A DNA stretch of 64,000 nt from a virus. The notes beneath the pieces are model-generated. The model had not been told where the DNA came from, made no database searches, and saw only the letters and a program-made list of their open reading frames with translations. The stretch is taken from positions 32,001 to 96,000 of IMG/VR virus record IMGVR_UViG_3300025413_001393; one strand, 5' to 3'. The first letter of the stretch is position 1, and each line of letters opens with the position of its first letter. A program made the translations under genes and the position numbers. Positions 1 through 8,497 of this stretch are shown piece after piece.

Positions 1-2
1 AT

Positions 3-410
3 ACCGCACCCGTTGGTATTGCAAAGGTCGGTTCGGTCGGTGGTCGTTTCCAAATCTACAGAGATACTCGTACAGAAGCTCAGCTCAACAGCCCCGGTAC
101 AAATGATGCCGGTTTCTACGGCACCAACCAAGGTGGCGGTTATGCAACAGCTCGTACAGCTCCTGTCGATTACGCTCTCCTAGGTTATAAGGGTACAGAA
201 TACTACGACAGTGGTATCCTATATTGCCCATATATCCCTGTAATGGTACAGCGTACAATTGGACCAAACGACTTCGCTCCTAGAGTAGGTCTCCTTACAA
301 GATACGGAGTAGTTGATCACATTTTCGGTGCATCACTCTACTACCACCTTGTAATCTGCACCGGTCTTGGAACATCGTTCAAACCAGGTCAAGCTGCAAC
401 TTATCTGTAA
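3..410 (+). CDS. gp23: Major capsid protein, C-terminal fragment (5' end outside window)
   Basis: Frame 3 reads ...LLGYKGTEYYDSGILYCPYIPVMVQRTIGPNDFAPRVGLLTRYGVV..., the typical T4 gp23 C-terminus; TAA at 408-410. Confidence 0.93.
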   Translation, partial: TAPVGIAKVGSVGGRFQIYRDTRTEAQLNSPGTNDAGFYGTNQGGGYATARTAPVDYALLGYKGTEYYDSGILYCPYIPVMVQRTIGPNDFAPRVGLLTRYGVVDHIFGASLYYHLVICTGLGTSFKPGQAATYL

Positions 411-442
411 TCTTACAGAAGTTCACAAGGACTCAAAAGAGA

Positions 443-472
443 CCCCGATCGAAAGATCGGGGTTTTCTTTTT
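443..472 (+). terminator. Rho-independent terminator after capsid gene
   Basis: ccccgatc-gaaa-gatcgggg perfect 8-bp stem followed by a T-rich tract. Confidence 0.9.
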
Positions 473-497
473 ATATAAATGGACATAATTAGAGTAT

Positions 498-632
498 ATG
501 AGTACAGGTGCAGGAAAAGGTCCAAAACAACGTCCAACAGATTTCAAAGCTTACAAAGAAAACTTTCCCAAGACTACCAACAAGGTAGAAGGGTTTGTCC
601 TTAAAAAAGGTAAGCTAACTAAGAAGTACTAA
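498..632 (+). CDS. Small basic hypothetical protein, 44 aa (not in ORF track)
   Basis: Manual translation MSTGAGKGPKQRPTDFKAYKENFPKTTNKVEGFVLKKGKLTKKY*. Confidence 0.6.
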   Translation: MSTGAGKGPKQRPTDFKAYKENFPKTTNKVEGFVLKKGKLTKKY

Positions 633-991
633 GCTACAGATAGCTCTAGTATCTTATTGAAGTAAGAAGAAGATACCTTCTCAGGTATTTTAGGCAATGT
701 CTTTACATTGAGTGACTTCAATCTATAATCAAAATACATAAGACCTTCTTCTTTATGATTCTCTACTCTAAAAGGAATAGGAATTTCAAAGTTCTCTCTC
801 ACGTTCTTATCAGACATTAACGATATCTGAATATAATAATGTATTCTTCTAAAGAGAATTAGTCTTCCTTTTTTAACAACCTTATCTCCGATAGAAAATA
901 CTACTTGCTTTTGCAGACAAGTAAGTAAAAACGGTTCACCAGGTACTTGATCGAAGCTGATAATAGTTGGAGCAAAGATATGAGAGTTCAT
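629..991 (-). CDS. Hypothetical protein
   Basis: 120-aa ORF with 4-nt overlap to upstream gene in a contiguous minus-strand operon. Confidence 0.75.
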   Translation of the reverse strand: MNSHIFAPTIISFDQVPGEPFLLTCLQKQVVFSIGDKVVKKGRLILFRRIHYYIQISLMSDKNVRENFEIPIPFRVENHKEEGLMYFDYRLKSLNVKTLPKIPEKVSSSYFNKILELSVA

Positions 992-1374
992 GTGTTGTTA
1001 AAAGCTGATTTTTGTGCAGAAGACATATTCAATAGTCTTTCGTTAAAGTATTTCCAAAATGGTAACGGATCCGGAGAACATTTAATGACAGCAATAACTT
1101 CTACATCGTCACAATTAATCATTCTCCAGTTTTGTAAAAATATATCCCATGCTACAACTAGGTTCTTTGCTGCAGGTTGATATCTAAGTCTTCCAGTAGG
1201 ATCTTTATAGTTAAGAATGTTTTTACCAGGAGTTGATCGAAGAAGCCCCATATCTTTTGTACAGAGCATTCTTCGATAATCCTTATAACCTGGTTTGTTT
1301 ATGCGTCTACGAAAACGGAGTTCAACAGCATTAGTGCCTAGTAATAGTTCTAATGATGAACGTCCGAGAATCAT
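988..1374 (-). CDS. SH3/Sm-like beta-barrel protein (WYL_2/DUF2693-like)
   Basis: VELRFRRR...RRMLCT...VVAWDIFLQNWRMIN resembles the F.K.DG..R.M.CT...VWD....WRSF pattern. Confidence 0.55.
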   Translation of the reverse strand: MILGRSSLELLLGTNAVELRFRRRINKPGYKDYRRMLCTKDMGLLRSTPGKNILNYKDPTGRLRYQPAAKNLVVAWDIFLQNWRMINCDDVEVIAVIKCSPDPLPFWKYFNERLLNMSSAQKSAFNNT

Positions 1375-1760
1375 TACTTAGAAGGCTTAACGATACCAAA
1401 TATTCTCTGTTCATTAAGGAACACAATAGTCTTTCCGTCCTTTTGAATAGCAATTAGACCTTTATCTCCTGGAAACATTACGCATTGATCTTTCTTAACT
1501 TGTCTACAATCTGGTCCAGCAAGAATAACCTTACCAATACGCCAAGCCTTTTGATCTACTACTTGGTTTGGAAGAATAATACCGTTACGAACAAGTGATT
1601 TGCCATCCTCTGCAACGTCTACATATTCTACCTGAATTACATCTCCAAGAAGTTCTACAACATCATAGTCTTCTGGAAGAGGACAGTTTTTGTAAGCATC
1701 GATGTTAGCAAGACCGTTGTTTTCTCTTGCTGCGTTATATTGGTTTTGTGCAATTGACAT
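1374..1760 (-). CDS. groES: Co-chaperonin GroES (gp31-like)
   Basis: LLGDVIQV...GIILP...GKVILAGP...VKKDQCVMF...FLNEQRIFGIV fits Cpn10. Confidence 0.8.
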   Translation of the reverse strand: MSIAQNQYNAARENNGLANIDAYKNCPLPEDYDVVELLGDVIQVEYVDVAEDGKSLVRNGIILPNQVVDQKAWRIGKVILAGPDCRQVKKDQCVMFPGDKGLIAIQKDGKTIVFLNEQRIFGIVKPSK

Positions 1761-1781
1761 AACAATAACTTATCATACATT

Positions 1782-2135
1782 TTATGTTAGATCAAGCTGT
1801 AAAGACAGTAAATTAGCAATCTCTCTTTTAGATAGCTCGTGATTAATTGCATGCATTCTAAGAGTTTTGTCTTCTTCCGTTTGCTCTTCTTTTATCTTCT
1901 TAATATATTTCATATTAGGCAATGATTTCATTTTAGGAAACATGGCAATCATTGTTTTATAATGAAGCTCTTTGCTTTCAAGAAGTACTTGCATATTTGC
2001 CGAATTCATATAAGCAGCAACATCCGGATTAATAAAACTTAACCACCTTGTAACAAGATAAGGAACGTACTCATCAAGAGATAAGTCTCCTTTCTTTGTA
2101 ATGATTATATCTTTTAGATAATCAAAAATTGTCAT
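1782..2135 (-). CDS. gp62: Probable clamp loader small subunit (ATG at 2135)
   Basis: MTIFDYLKDI...YVPYLVTRWLS...HY......PK......YIKK pattern of gp62-like proteins. Confidence 0.6.
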   Translation of the reverse strand: MTIFDYLKDIIITKKGDLSLDEYVPYLVTRWLSFINPDVAAYMNSANMQVLLESKELHYKTMIAMFPKMKSLPNMKYIKKIKEEQTEEDKTLRMHAINHELSKREIANLLSLQLDLT

Positions 2136-2658
2136 GCTGTGTTTCAACAAAAATAGAATGAGCTAAAAATGTGAAACACTCTACAGCCTTTTGTTTAAAA
2201 CTATCCATCTTTTCTTGATTAAAAGATAATTTATAAAAACCTTCATTATCTCCATCAAGAGAAAATATAAAATGCATAAGCATAGAATCTTTGACTCTAT
2301 TTAAAATACTAATATTTGCTTGTGTATCTCCTTGCACAATAATGTTATTACCATCCACATAACATTCAACTTCAAATGTTTGAGCAAATAATGATCCTAA
2401 TTGAGCTGCATACAAACGTTGAAAACAAACTCCTCCGTAAATGTTGGAATTAGGAATCTCAATTGCAAGTACTAAGGAATTACCAAAATCGAGAGCTCCT
2501 ATTTTTGTAGGATATTCAAACGCAATAATATTGCCAAAAGGAGATATTTTATCTCTAAAAAGATAATACGAAAATCTCTTCTTAACAAGTTCGCAACTAT
2601 AAACAGGAGTCTCTCCCATTATGTGCTTTGTCTGTTCTTCTGTTAGTATCATTTGCAA
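2122..2658 (-). CDS. DUF366-like protein (putative biotin/lipoate-ligase-like fold), divergent
   Basis: KRFSYYLFR..ISPFGNIIAF...EIPN...GGVCFQRLY...VDGNNIIV...NISI resembles phage DUF366 proteins but is shorter. Confidence 0.45.
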   Translation of the reverse strand: MQMILTEEQTKHIMGETPVYSCELVKKRFSYYLFRDKISPFGNIIAFEYPTKIGALDFGNSLVLAIEIPNSNIYGGVCFQRLYAAQLGSLFAQTFEVECYVDGNNIIVQGDTQANISILNRVKDSMLMHFIFSLDGDNEGFYKLSFNQEKMDSFKQKAVECFTFLAHSIFVETQHDNF

Positions 2659-3320
2659 TATGTTTCCTTAAATTTGATGTTCGCTTCTTCCCACTCTTTT
2701 GTCAACATAGAATCTCCAAGTCCATGATGAACGATTCTAATTGGAAGCACGCCACAAGTAACTTTTTTCTCATTTGCTCTCATACAAAAAGCAAGATCAT
2801 AAAAATGAAAATTAAAAGCTTCATCAAAATACAATTCGTTTTCAACTGCGTCTCTTACCTTAACAGCAAGAAACACACCATCTAGTGTAAGAGCTCTTGA
2901 GTTAGTTGGACCAAAGCATGTAGTCCATACATTGCCTTTGCTGCTATGAGCAACTTCCCCAACATAATCTTCTCTCTTAGAGGCAAGATGCCAGGCAAGC
3001 TTGTCGAGGCTGGTATTGAACGTTTTAGCGCCTGCTAGGCCTGTTATAGAATATGGACTATTAAAAAGCTTTTCTACTAAAAAGGCATCTTCTAGTTCCA
3101 CATCATCGTGAACAAACAAAACAACTTTGTCAATGTTTTCAGGATCCTTAAGAATTTCATTATAGCATGTTGAAAGCCCTCTTGTATTATCCTTAAACAA
3201 ATGAAAATTTACATCGTACCTTTCTTCATAATGATGCATAAGGCTCTTATACAAAGGCCTAGTTTCAAAGTCTTCAATAGACTTAGCTTTTGTGCAAGCA
3301 ACGATTAATAATTCACTCAT
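2649..3320 (-). CDS. Glycosyltransferase, GT-A fold (GT2-like)
   Basis: LFVHDDV (DxD-like), GLAG, TLDGVFLA, FDEAFNFHFYDLAFC, IVHHG. Confidence 0.85.
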   Translation of the reverse strand: MSELLIVACTKAKSIEDFETRPLYKSLMHHYEERYDVNFHLFKDNTRGLSTCYNEILKDPENIDKVVLFVHDDVELEDAFLVEKLFNSPYSITGLAGAKTFNTSLDKLAWHLASKREDYVGEVAHSSKGNVWTTCFGPTNSRALTLDGVFLAVKVRDAVENELYFDEAFNFHFYDLAFCMRANEKKVTCGVLPIRIVHHGLGDSMLTKEWEEANIKFKETYCK

Positions 3321-4108
3321 ATTTTGTTATACTTTGTTTTAAGATAGTTGATATTCTTTATAGCTAACTCAGTTTGTTCGTGTGTCAAACGAGTATTAAA
3401 ATAATCGTTAGTTGTTGGAATACGAGTAGTATCTCCACTCTCAAAACTAATACCATTAATTGCTGCAAGCACCGTATAACAACTATCGGAACTACGAATG
3501 TTTGGAATTTTGTTGTTTAGATAAAAATCAAACTCTGTGTGTTCTCCCATTCCAAGTAAATGAACAGACTTCAATAGCCAACCTCTCTTATACAATTCGT
3601 CAACACATTGATTTCTCGAAGAAGCTATTTGTGTATCTCCAGTTGCATTGTTCCAACATTTTGGAACAGCAATCTTACTAAGACCAATAGTACTACAATC
3701 TCCATCCGTTATCATCTTATAATAACAATCCATCCATTCTTGTTTGGTATTGCCTTGTGGACAAGCAAATATCTTAGTATGTTGAAGCAAACCTCTAATG
3801 GACATCTTCATCTTGAATGAATAATAATTCATTAATGTCTGAACTGTATCAAACAAAACATCTGGAGCAATAACTTCATTTGGTTTAAGCTCTTTAACAA
3901 CCTCCATCAGCTGATCTTCTGTTACAAGACTATCCTCTGCAGCTCCGTTATCAAGAGTTATCCAAGCATCTGGTTTAGTTCGTCTTATTTGCTGAAAGAA
4001 CCATCTATACGTTTCATCGTTCAGATAATGGTGACACAATACAAAGTATCTGTCCCCGTGACCAGTTAAAGCCAATTCAGTATTAGGAGGAATGAGATAA
4101 AAATCCAT
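3317..4108 (-). CDS. dpdA: TGT-fold deazaguanine-DNA transglycosylase (DpdA-like)
   Basis: TGT motifs in order: LDNGAAE, IAPDV, PQG, HLLG, RSSDS; queD, queE and folE2 lie in the same window. Confidence 0.8.
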   Translation of the reverse strand: MDFYLIPPNTELALTGHGDRYFVLCHHYLNDETYRWFFQQIRRTKPDAWITLDNGAAEDSLVTEDQLMEVVKELKPNEVIAPDVLFDTVQTLMNYYSFKMKMSIRGLLQHTKIFACPQGNTKQEWMDCYYKMITDGDCSTIGLSKIAVPKCWNNATGDTQIASSRNQCVDELYKRGWLLKSVHLLGMGEHTEFDFYLNNKIPNIRSSDSCYTVLAAINGISFESGDTTRIPTTNDYFNTRLTHEQTELAIKNINYLKTKYNKI

Positions 4109-4122
4109 AGGTATAATTTAGC

Positions 4123-4554
4123 TTACTTTGAATCTTTTTCAAGTATGTATTTCTTCACTTCTAAGATACCAAGATTAATATCTCCCTGCTCTGCATCTTC
4201 AAAAGATTGACTATCTCCTTCTCGAGCTCTTTCATCATATCTACGTTTACGTTCATTTTGAGGACACTCAATCCACAAAACGGTTGCATCAGGAAATGCT
4301 TGCAAAATTTCTTTCTGTCTTACACCAGATACAACAAGTTGCTTTGGATTATTAAACGTAGAAAGTAAACGAAGATGTCCAATAATCTCGTTGAACATAT
4401 GCTTTGAATCTTGAAGCTTTTCTCTATCTACGGTTTTTTTCAAACCTCTTACAATATCTCCAACCTCAACAAAAACACAATCACTAATCTGACTTAGTGT
4501 TTTTGAATACAGAGTTTTACCACTACAAAGTTGACCACAAACAAATGATATCAT
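4123..4554 (-). CDS. P-loop nucleotide kinase (NMP/dNMP kinase-like)
   Basis: Walker A GQLCSGKT at N-terminus; R..R...R.REGD lid-like segment. Confidence 0.75.
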   Translation of the reverse strand: MISFVCGQLCSGKTLYSKTLSQISDCVFVEVGDIVRGLKKTVDREKLQDSKHMFNEIIGHLRLLSTFNNPKQLVVSGVRQKEILQAFPDATVLWIECPQNERKRRYDERAREGDSQSFEDAEQGDINLGILEVKKYILEKDSK

Positions 4555-4560
4555 TTTTAA

Positions 4561-4588
4561 AATATATATTAAAATTAATAAAATTCAA
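4561..4588 (-). promoter_or_regulatory. Sigma70-type promoter for kinase-dpdA-GT-DUF366 operon
   Basis: TTGAAT-N16-TATATT then 6 nt to ATG at 4554. Confidence 0.55.
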
Positions 4589-4590
4589 GA

Positions 4591-5232
4591 CTAATTATCC
4601 CAGCCTAATGCTTCAGAAATACTAGGAAACTCCTTAACAAAAATGTTTTTAATTTCCACAGCCACATCTCTATGCTCCTTTTGCGTCAACTCATCACAAC
4701 GTATTTGCAAATAATGTATCCAAGATCGGACTGTCCCGTGCATAATTACCGTTGTCGATGTATTAAGAGGAAGAATCATCCGAGCGCATTCCTTTGCAAG
4801 ACCAGCGGAAATAAGATCATCGTAAAGAGCAAGTGAGTTTTGTTGTATAAATTCTACCTTCAATTTTAGCTCGGGGCTCAAATCTACTTCAGTATCTCCT
4901 ACCTGTCTATTAGTTTTTCCTTGCAATCTCCATTCGATATCTTCAAGCTCGGTTGCTGTAGAATATCTTTGTGAAAATTCTTGAAACGAAAAACTTCTAT
5001 GTCTAAGAATTTGTGCAGCAATAGCTCGAGATGTTTTAATCTCGAATCCTACGCTGACCATCTCAAATGGCGAAAAGTGTTTATGGGTAATTAGATACTT
5101 TAACAGTTTTGGAGCTGTTTCGGTATTAAATTGGTTCGAAGGATTACTTACTCTTGCACAGTACGTAATCAATTCTTCTGCATTATTAATTCCTTTAACT
5201 AAAGGAGTAGAAATAGATATTAGCTTTACCAT
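4591..5232 (-). CDS. thyX: Flavin-dependent thymidylate synthase
   Basis: HFSPFE and ThyX motif QILRHRSFSFQEFSQRY; ECARMILP. Confidence 0.97.
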   Translation of the reverse strand: MVKLISISTPLVKGINNAEELITYCARVSNPSNQFNTETAPKLLKYLITHKHFSPFEMVSVGFEIKTSRAIAAQILRHRSFSFQEFSQRYSTATELEDIEWRLQGKTNRQVGDTEVDLSPELKLKVEFIQQNSLALYDDLISAGLAKECARMILPLNTSTTVIMHGTVRSWIHYLQIRCDELTQKEHRDVAVEIKNIFVKEFPSISEALGWDN

Positions 5233-5585
5233 TTGTAGTAGACGCGACCTCCATTTTCATTATCTTCGAGAACTTCGACCATATCACATTTGAATAGACC
5301 TCCAATCTGTTGTGCTAACATCTCGCACGACATTGCTCCAAGATTGCCTTGATAATATTGATCCAACCATTTAAGGATCTGCTGTTTAAAATCAATAATT
5401 TCAATGTCACGATCTTGGTGAGTTACTGTCTTTTCGCAAGTAATATGAAAAATATGTCTGTGAGGATACTGAAGGAAATGGACATGAGGCTTATCAGGAA
5501 TAGCCTCTGCTACTCCTGGCCAGTTGTGAAGAGCTTCGTATTGGAGTTTAACGATAATAGTTGTTCGCATATATGCAGTATACAA
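5226..5585 (-). CDS. QueD-paralogous tunnel-fold protein, DpdL-like (putative 7-carboxy-7-deazaguanine decarboxylase)
   Basis: LQYPHRHIF (LxxxHRHxF in place of QueD CxxxHGH), DRDIEIIDFK, SCEMLA, VLEDNENG. Confidence 0.65.
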   Translation of the reverse strand: MYTAYMRTTIIVKLQYEALHNWPGVAEAIPDKPHVHFLQYPHRHIFHITCEKTVTHQDRDIEIIDFKQQILKWLDQYYQGNLGAMSCEMLAQQIGGLFKCDMVEVLEDNENGGRVYYKW

Positions 5586-5625
5586 TAAAAAAGGCCCCTC
5601 ACAACATTAAAGTCGTAAGGGGCCT
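5586..5625 (-). terminator. Rho-independent terminator
   Basis: aggcccct...aggggcct stem, extended by GU pairs, followed on the minus strand by a T6 run. Confidence 0.8.
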
Positions 5626-5640
5626 AAATTAAGCCAATTC

Positions 5641-5868
5641 TTAGGCAGCTACTGCAGCAAAACGGCCCTGCTTGTCGCGAACGTTGTAATAACGAGGACG
5701 AAGAACGACGTCGTTAGTGCGGTCGAGGAATCCGAGGAAGTCGTACTTGCTCTGATTGAGGTTACGAGCAATCATCTTGATCTTAGCTGTCGTGGACAGA
5801 CCAGAGCTGATGTTGTTCTTGCCGGTGATAGCCGTAATTGGCTTAATGTACGTGTTGTTTGTATTCAT
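5641..5868 (-). CDS. Small basic hypothetical protein
   Basis: 75 aa, higher GC at third codon positions, TTGACA upstream and own terminator downstream. Confidence 0.7.
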   Translation of the reverse strand: MNTNNTYIKPITAITGKNNISSGLSTTAKIKMIARNLNQSKYDFLGFLDRTNDVVLRPRYYNVRDKQGRFAAVAA

Positions 5869-5908
5869 CGAGGTACATATTCTTATATATCACTCGATAT
5901 GTCAACAG

Positions 5909-7093
5909 CTAAATTATTGCAGGACGTGAAAATACTTGAATACCAGAAAGATAAGGAACTTGATATGGTACAAATGACGCAAAATGGGACGAAGACGAAA
6001 GATATGGATTATATGTATTGATTTTTACATTCTCAGTAAGAAGACCGTATCCAGCTGGTCCTTCAATAATGACATCAATTAAACCAGGAGTTTGAATCGA
6101 AGGCATTACAAACGTAGTCAAGTTGTCGTTATTTGATTGCCATAGTGAAGGATCAATACGATAAGCAAAGAACGGAGGATAGTCTGCTGAAAGAGAAGGA
6201 ATAGCTGAAAACGGATTTTGAACAGTTGAAGCATAATGTACAGGACCACCGGATACATAAACGTTTTGTATTTTAGTCATTCCTGAACCATAAACATTAA
6301 ATTGTTGCAATTTTCCAACGTTCGTAAAATAAGGCTCAACTATCGAAGGACCTGGAGGAACTCCTTTTACTTGTTTATAGTCTGAATGATCCGTATCGAC
6401 TTGATATGCCGGATCAAGAAGATATTGTGGAGGCATTCCAGTGTATTCTGTAGAATAGTTTGTGTGGATAGTATAGATTGTTCCAATGCTTTCTGTTGGA
6501 GGAGCTTGGAACATCCAGCCTTTGAATGTAAAAGAAAGGTCTGCAACAACTTTAGCTACTTGTGTTGAAGAGATATCCATAGGATAACTCATTGCAACGT
6601 TGCCATCCCAGAATATACTAGAGCGTATTTCAAAATTTGGTCTAGCAGGTGTTGTCCAAGATACTGAAAAATACGGATTAACGTAAGGAATAATATGAGA
6701 TATGATTTGATCCATATCTTTTTGATATCTTGTAGCTACTGTTACTTTAAGATTTAAATCAATAGGAAGAGGAGTCTGCTCGTTTGATACAGAGCCACCT
6801 CCAACACTATTATATGTTCCAAGAAGTTTATTAAAGACTCTATTTGTATCTCTACTAATACCTCCAATATATACAGCAACAACAGGTAGTTGGAGATTCT
6901 GATCTTTATCCAAAAGGTCTGCCATCACTCTTTGCTTTGGAGCATACAGAACTCTTGTCTGTATTTGATCCTGAGCTTGTTTATTTTCGTTAAAACGCTT
7001 TACAACAATGTCCGAAATAGCGTTCAAAAAAACAGTAACCATCGTCTCAACCTCAAAATCATAGGTATAAACTCCTGGTATAATATTACTCAT
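5909..7093 (-). CDS. gp15: Tail sheath stabilizer/terminator with C-terminal extension
   Basis: VLYAPKQR, LPVVAV..GISRD..R, PIDL.L.V.VATRYQKDMDQIISHIIPY.NP; late promoter TAAATA at 7100-7105. Confidence 0.75.
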   Translation of the reverse strand: MSNIIPGVYTYDFEVETMVTVFLNAISDIVVKRFNENKQAQDQIQTRVLYAPKQRVMADLLDKDQNLQLPVVAVYIGGISRDTNRVFNKLLGTYNSVGGGSVSNEQTPLPIDLNLKVTVATRYQKDMDQIISHIIPYVNPYFSVSWTTPARPNFEIRSSIFWDGNVAMSYPMDISSTQVAKVVADLSFTFKGWMFQAPPTESIGTIYTIHTNYSTEYTGMPPQYLLDPAYQVDTDHSDYKQVKGVPPGPSIVEPYFTNVGKLQQFNVYGSGMTKIQNVYVSGGPVHYASTVQNPFSAIPSLSADYPPFFAYRIDPSLWQSNNDNLTTFVMPSIQTPGLIDVIIEGPAGYGLLTENVKINTYNPYLSSSSHFASFVPYQVPYLSGIQVFSRPAII

Positions 7094-7162
7094 ATATTGT
7101 ATTTAATGAAAAAACCCAAGCATTACACTTGGGTCCTTTCTAATTTAAATGTTGTGTTTAGA

Positions 7163-8062
7163 TTAAACACCCCAAGCATCGAGATCTTCTGCGTCGTTTC
7201 CACCTAGTTCTCCGAGATCTTCAGGATTAATTGTTTCAATCTCTCCTGTACCGCCTTTTTCGAAATCTTCTTCGTTTGGTTCAGATGCAACTTTTACTTC
7301 AGGAACGAGAATACCTTTAGAAACAAAACTTGAAAGTATGCCGTCTACTTCTGAATCAGCAATGCCACCTCTCTTTACTAAGCCTCTAAGAGCCATCTTG
7401 AAATCCCGACCAGTATATTCTCCAACGGTACCTACTTCGTCAACTAGCGCATTGTAAGCTTCTTGTTGCGAATCGCTTAAAGAACCTTTAGCGTATTCAG
7501 AAGAAAGAGTGTATTCTTTATTAAGAGAAAATTCTTCAGCGGAAGCTGAACGAGCTGGCTTATGAGCTTTTGTTTCAATTCTTGCTTTTTGTCCCTCAGG
7601 TGTTGCAATTTCAGCAACTTTCTTCTTGAGAGCTGCACTAATTTCCTTCTGTGTAACTGGTTGTTCGTTCTGCATTGCGTTTGCAGCAACTTCAAACGTC
7701 ACACTACCAAGCAGTTCTTTGTTTGTCAAACGATCAGCAAGGAACTTTTGTGCCCATCCGCTCTTTTTCATTTCGGCTTCAATAGCCTTAAGCGTTTCTG
7801 CCTTGAGCTCTTCTTTTGTGTTAATGTAGGGATTGTGAGTATTATTGTTGTCAGGAAGAACACGATGAACAACCTTTCTGACAAAATCTGCCATAGCTGC
7901 TTCATCCCCCATCTTTACAACTGGTGTCCAGTGTCCTTTTCCAGATGCCTTAGCTGTTTGAACTGCCTTTGTTACGATTTCCTCTGGATTTTCATGAGAA
8001 ATAGGAGCTTCGTCTAAACGGCTCAAAACGGACTCGAGTAATGTATCAAAATTCTTTGTCAT
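7163..8062 (-). CDS. Hypothetical late protein with internal-protein-like N-terminus
   Basis: MTKNFDTLLESVLSRLDE; TAAATA upstream; acidic C-terminal tail. Confidence 0.75.
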   Translation of the reverse strand: MTKNFDTLLESVLSRLDEAPISHENPEEIVTKAVQTAKASGKGHWTPVVKMGDEAAMADFVRKVVHRVLPDNNNTHNPYINTKEELKAETLKAIEAEMKKSGWAQKFLADRLTNKELLGSVTFEVAANAMQNEQPVTQKEISAALKKKVAEIATPEGQKARIETKAHKPARSASAEEFSLNKEYTLSSEYAKGSLSDSQQEAYNALVDEVGTVGEYTGRDFKMALRGLVKRGGIADSEVDGILSSFVSKGILVPEVKVASEPNEEDFEKGGTGEIETINPEDLGELGGNDAEDLDAWGV

Positions 8063-8095
8063 ATATTGGTTTATTTATCAAACTACACTATAAAT

Positions 8096-8461
8096 TTAAA
8101 CTTCTTTAGTATGATCTTCAAGAAGCTTGTCATGCCATATTTTAGCATCTTCAACAGAATTGGGGTTGATATTTTTATAATTTCCAAGGTGACCAACTAG
8201 TAAGTGACATATAATGCCGTAGCTGGCGCTTTCACAAAGAGTCATTAGATTAGAAGGCTCGAGTTCAAGTTCTGGATGAAGATGAAATGGCTTAATATGA
8301 TGTACGTTGAGTTGCTTTGTATCTCCGCATATGACACATTTTGGATTATTCTTAAGATGTTCTTTACGAACTTTTGCCCATTGCGGCGAACGTTGAGGTC
8401 CATCTACTGGTGTTTTGCCTTGAGCAATATCGTTGGTGTGTTTTAAGCGGGTGGAAGCCAT
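8096..8461 (-). CDS. Small HNH endonuclease
   Basis: CVIC...VHHIKP...NLMTLCE...CHLLVGH. Confidence 0.85.
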   Translation of the reverse strand: MASTRLKHTNDIAQGKTPVDGPQRSPQWAKVRKEHLKNNPKCVICGDTKQLNVHHIKPFHLHPELELEPSNLMTLCESASYGIICHLLVGHLGNYKNINPNSVEDAKIWHDKLLEDHTKEV

Positions 8462-8497
8462 AGTAATACTTAGTTAAATTAGATAAATAACACTGAT

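Noticed and set aside
85-267. Minus-strand 60-aa ORF
   Set aside because: Antisense shadow of the gp23 C-terminus.
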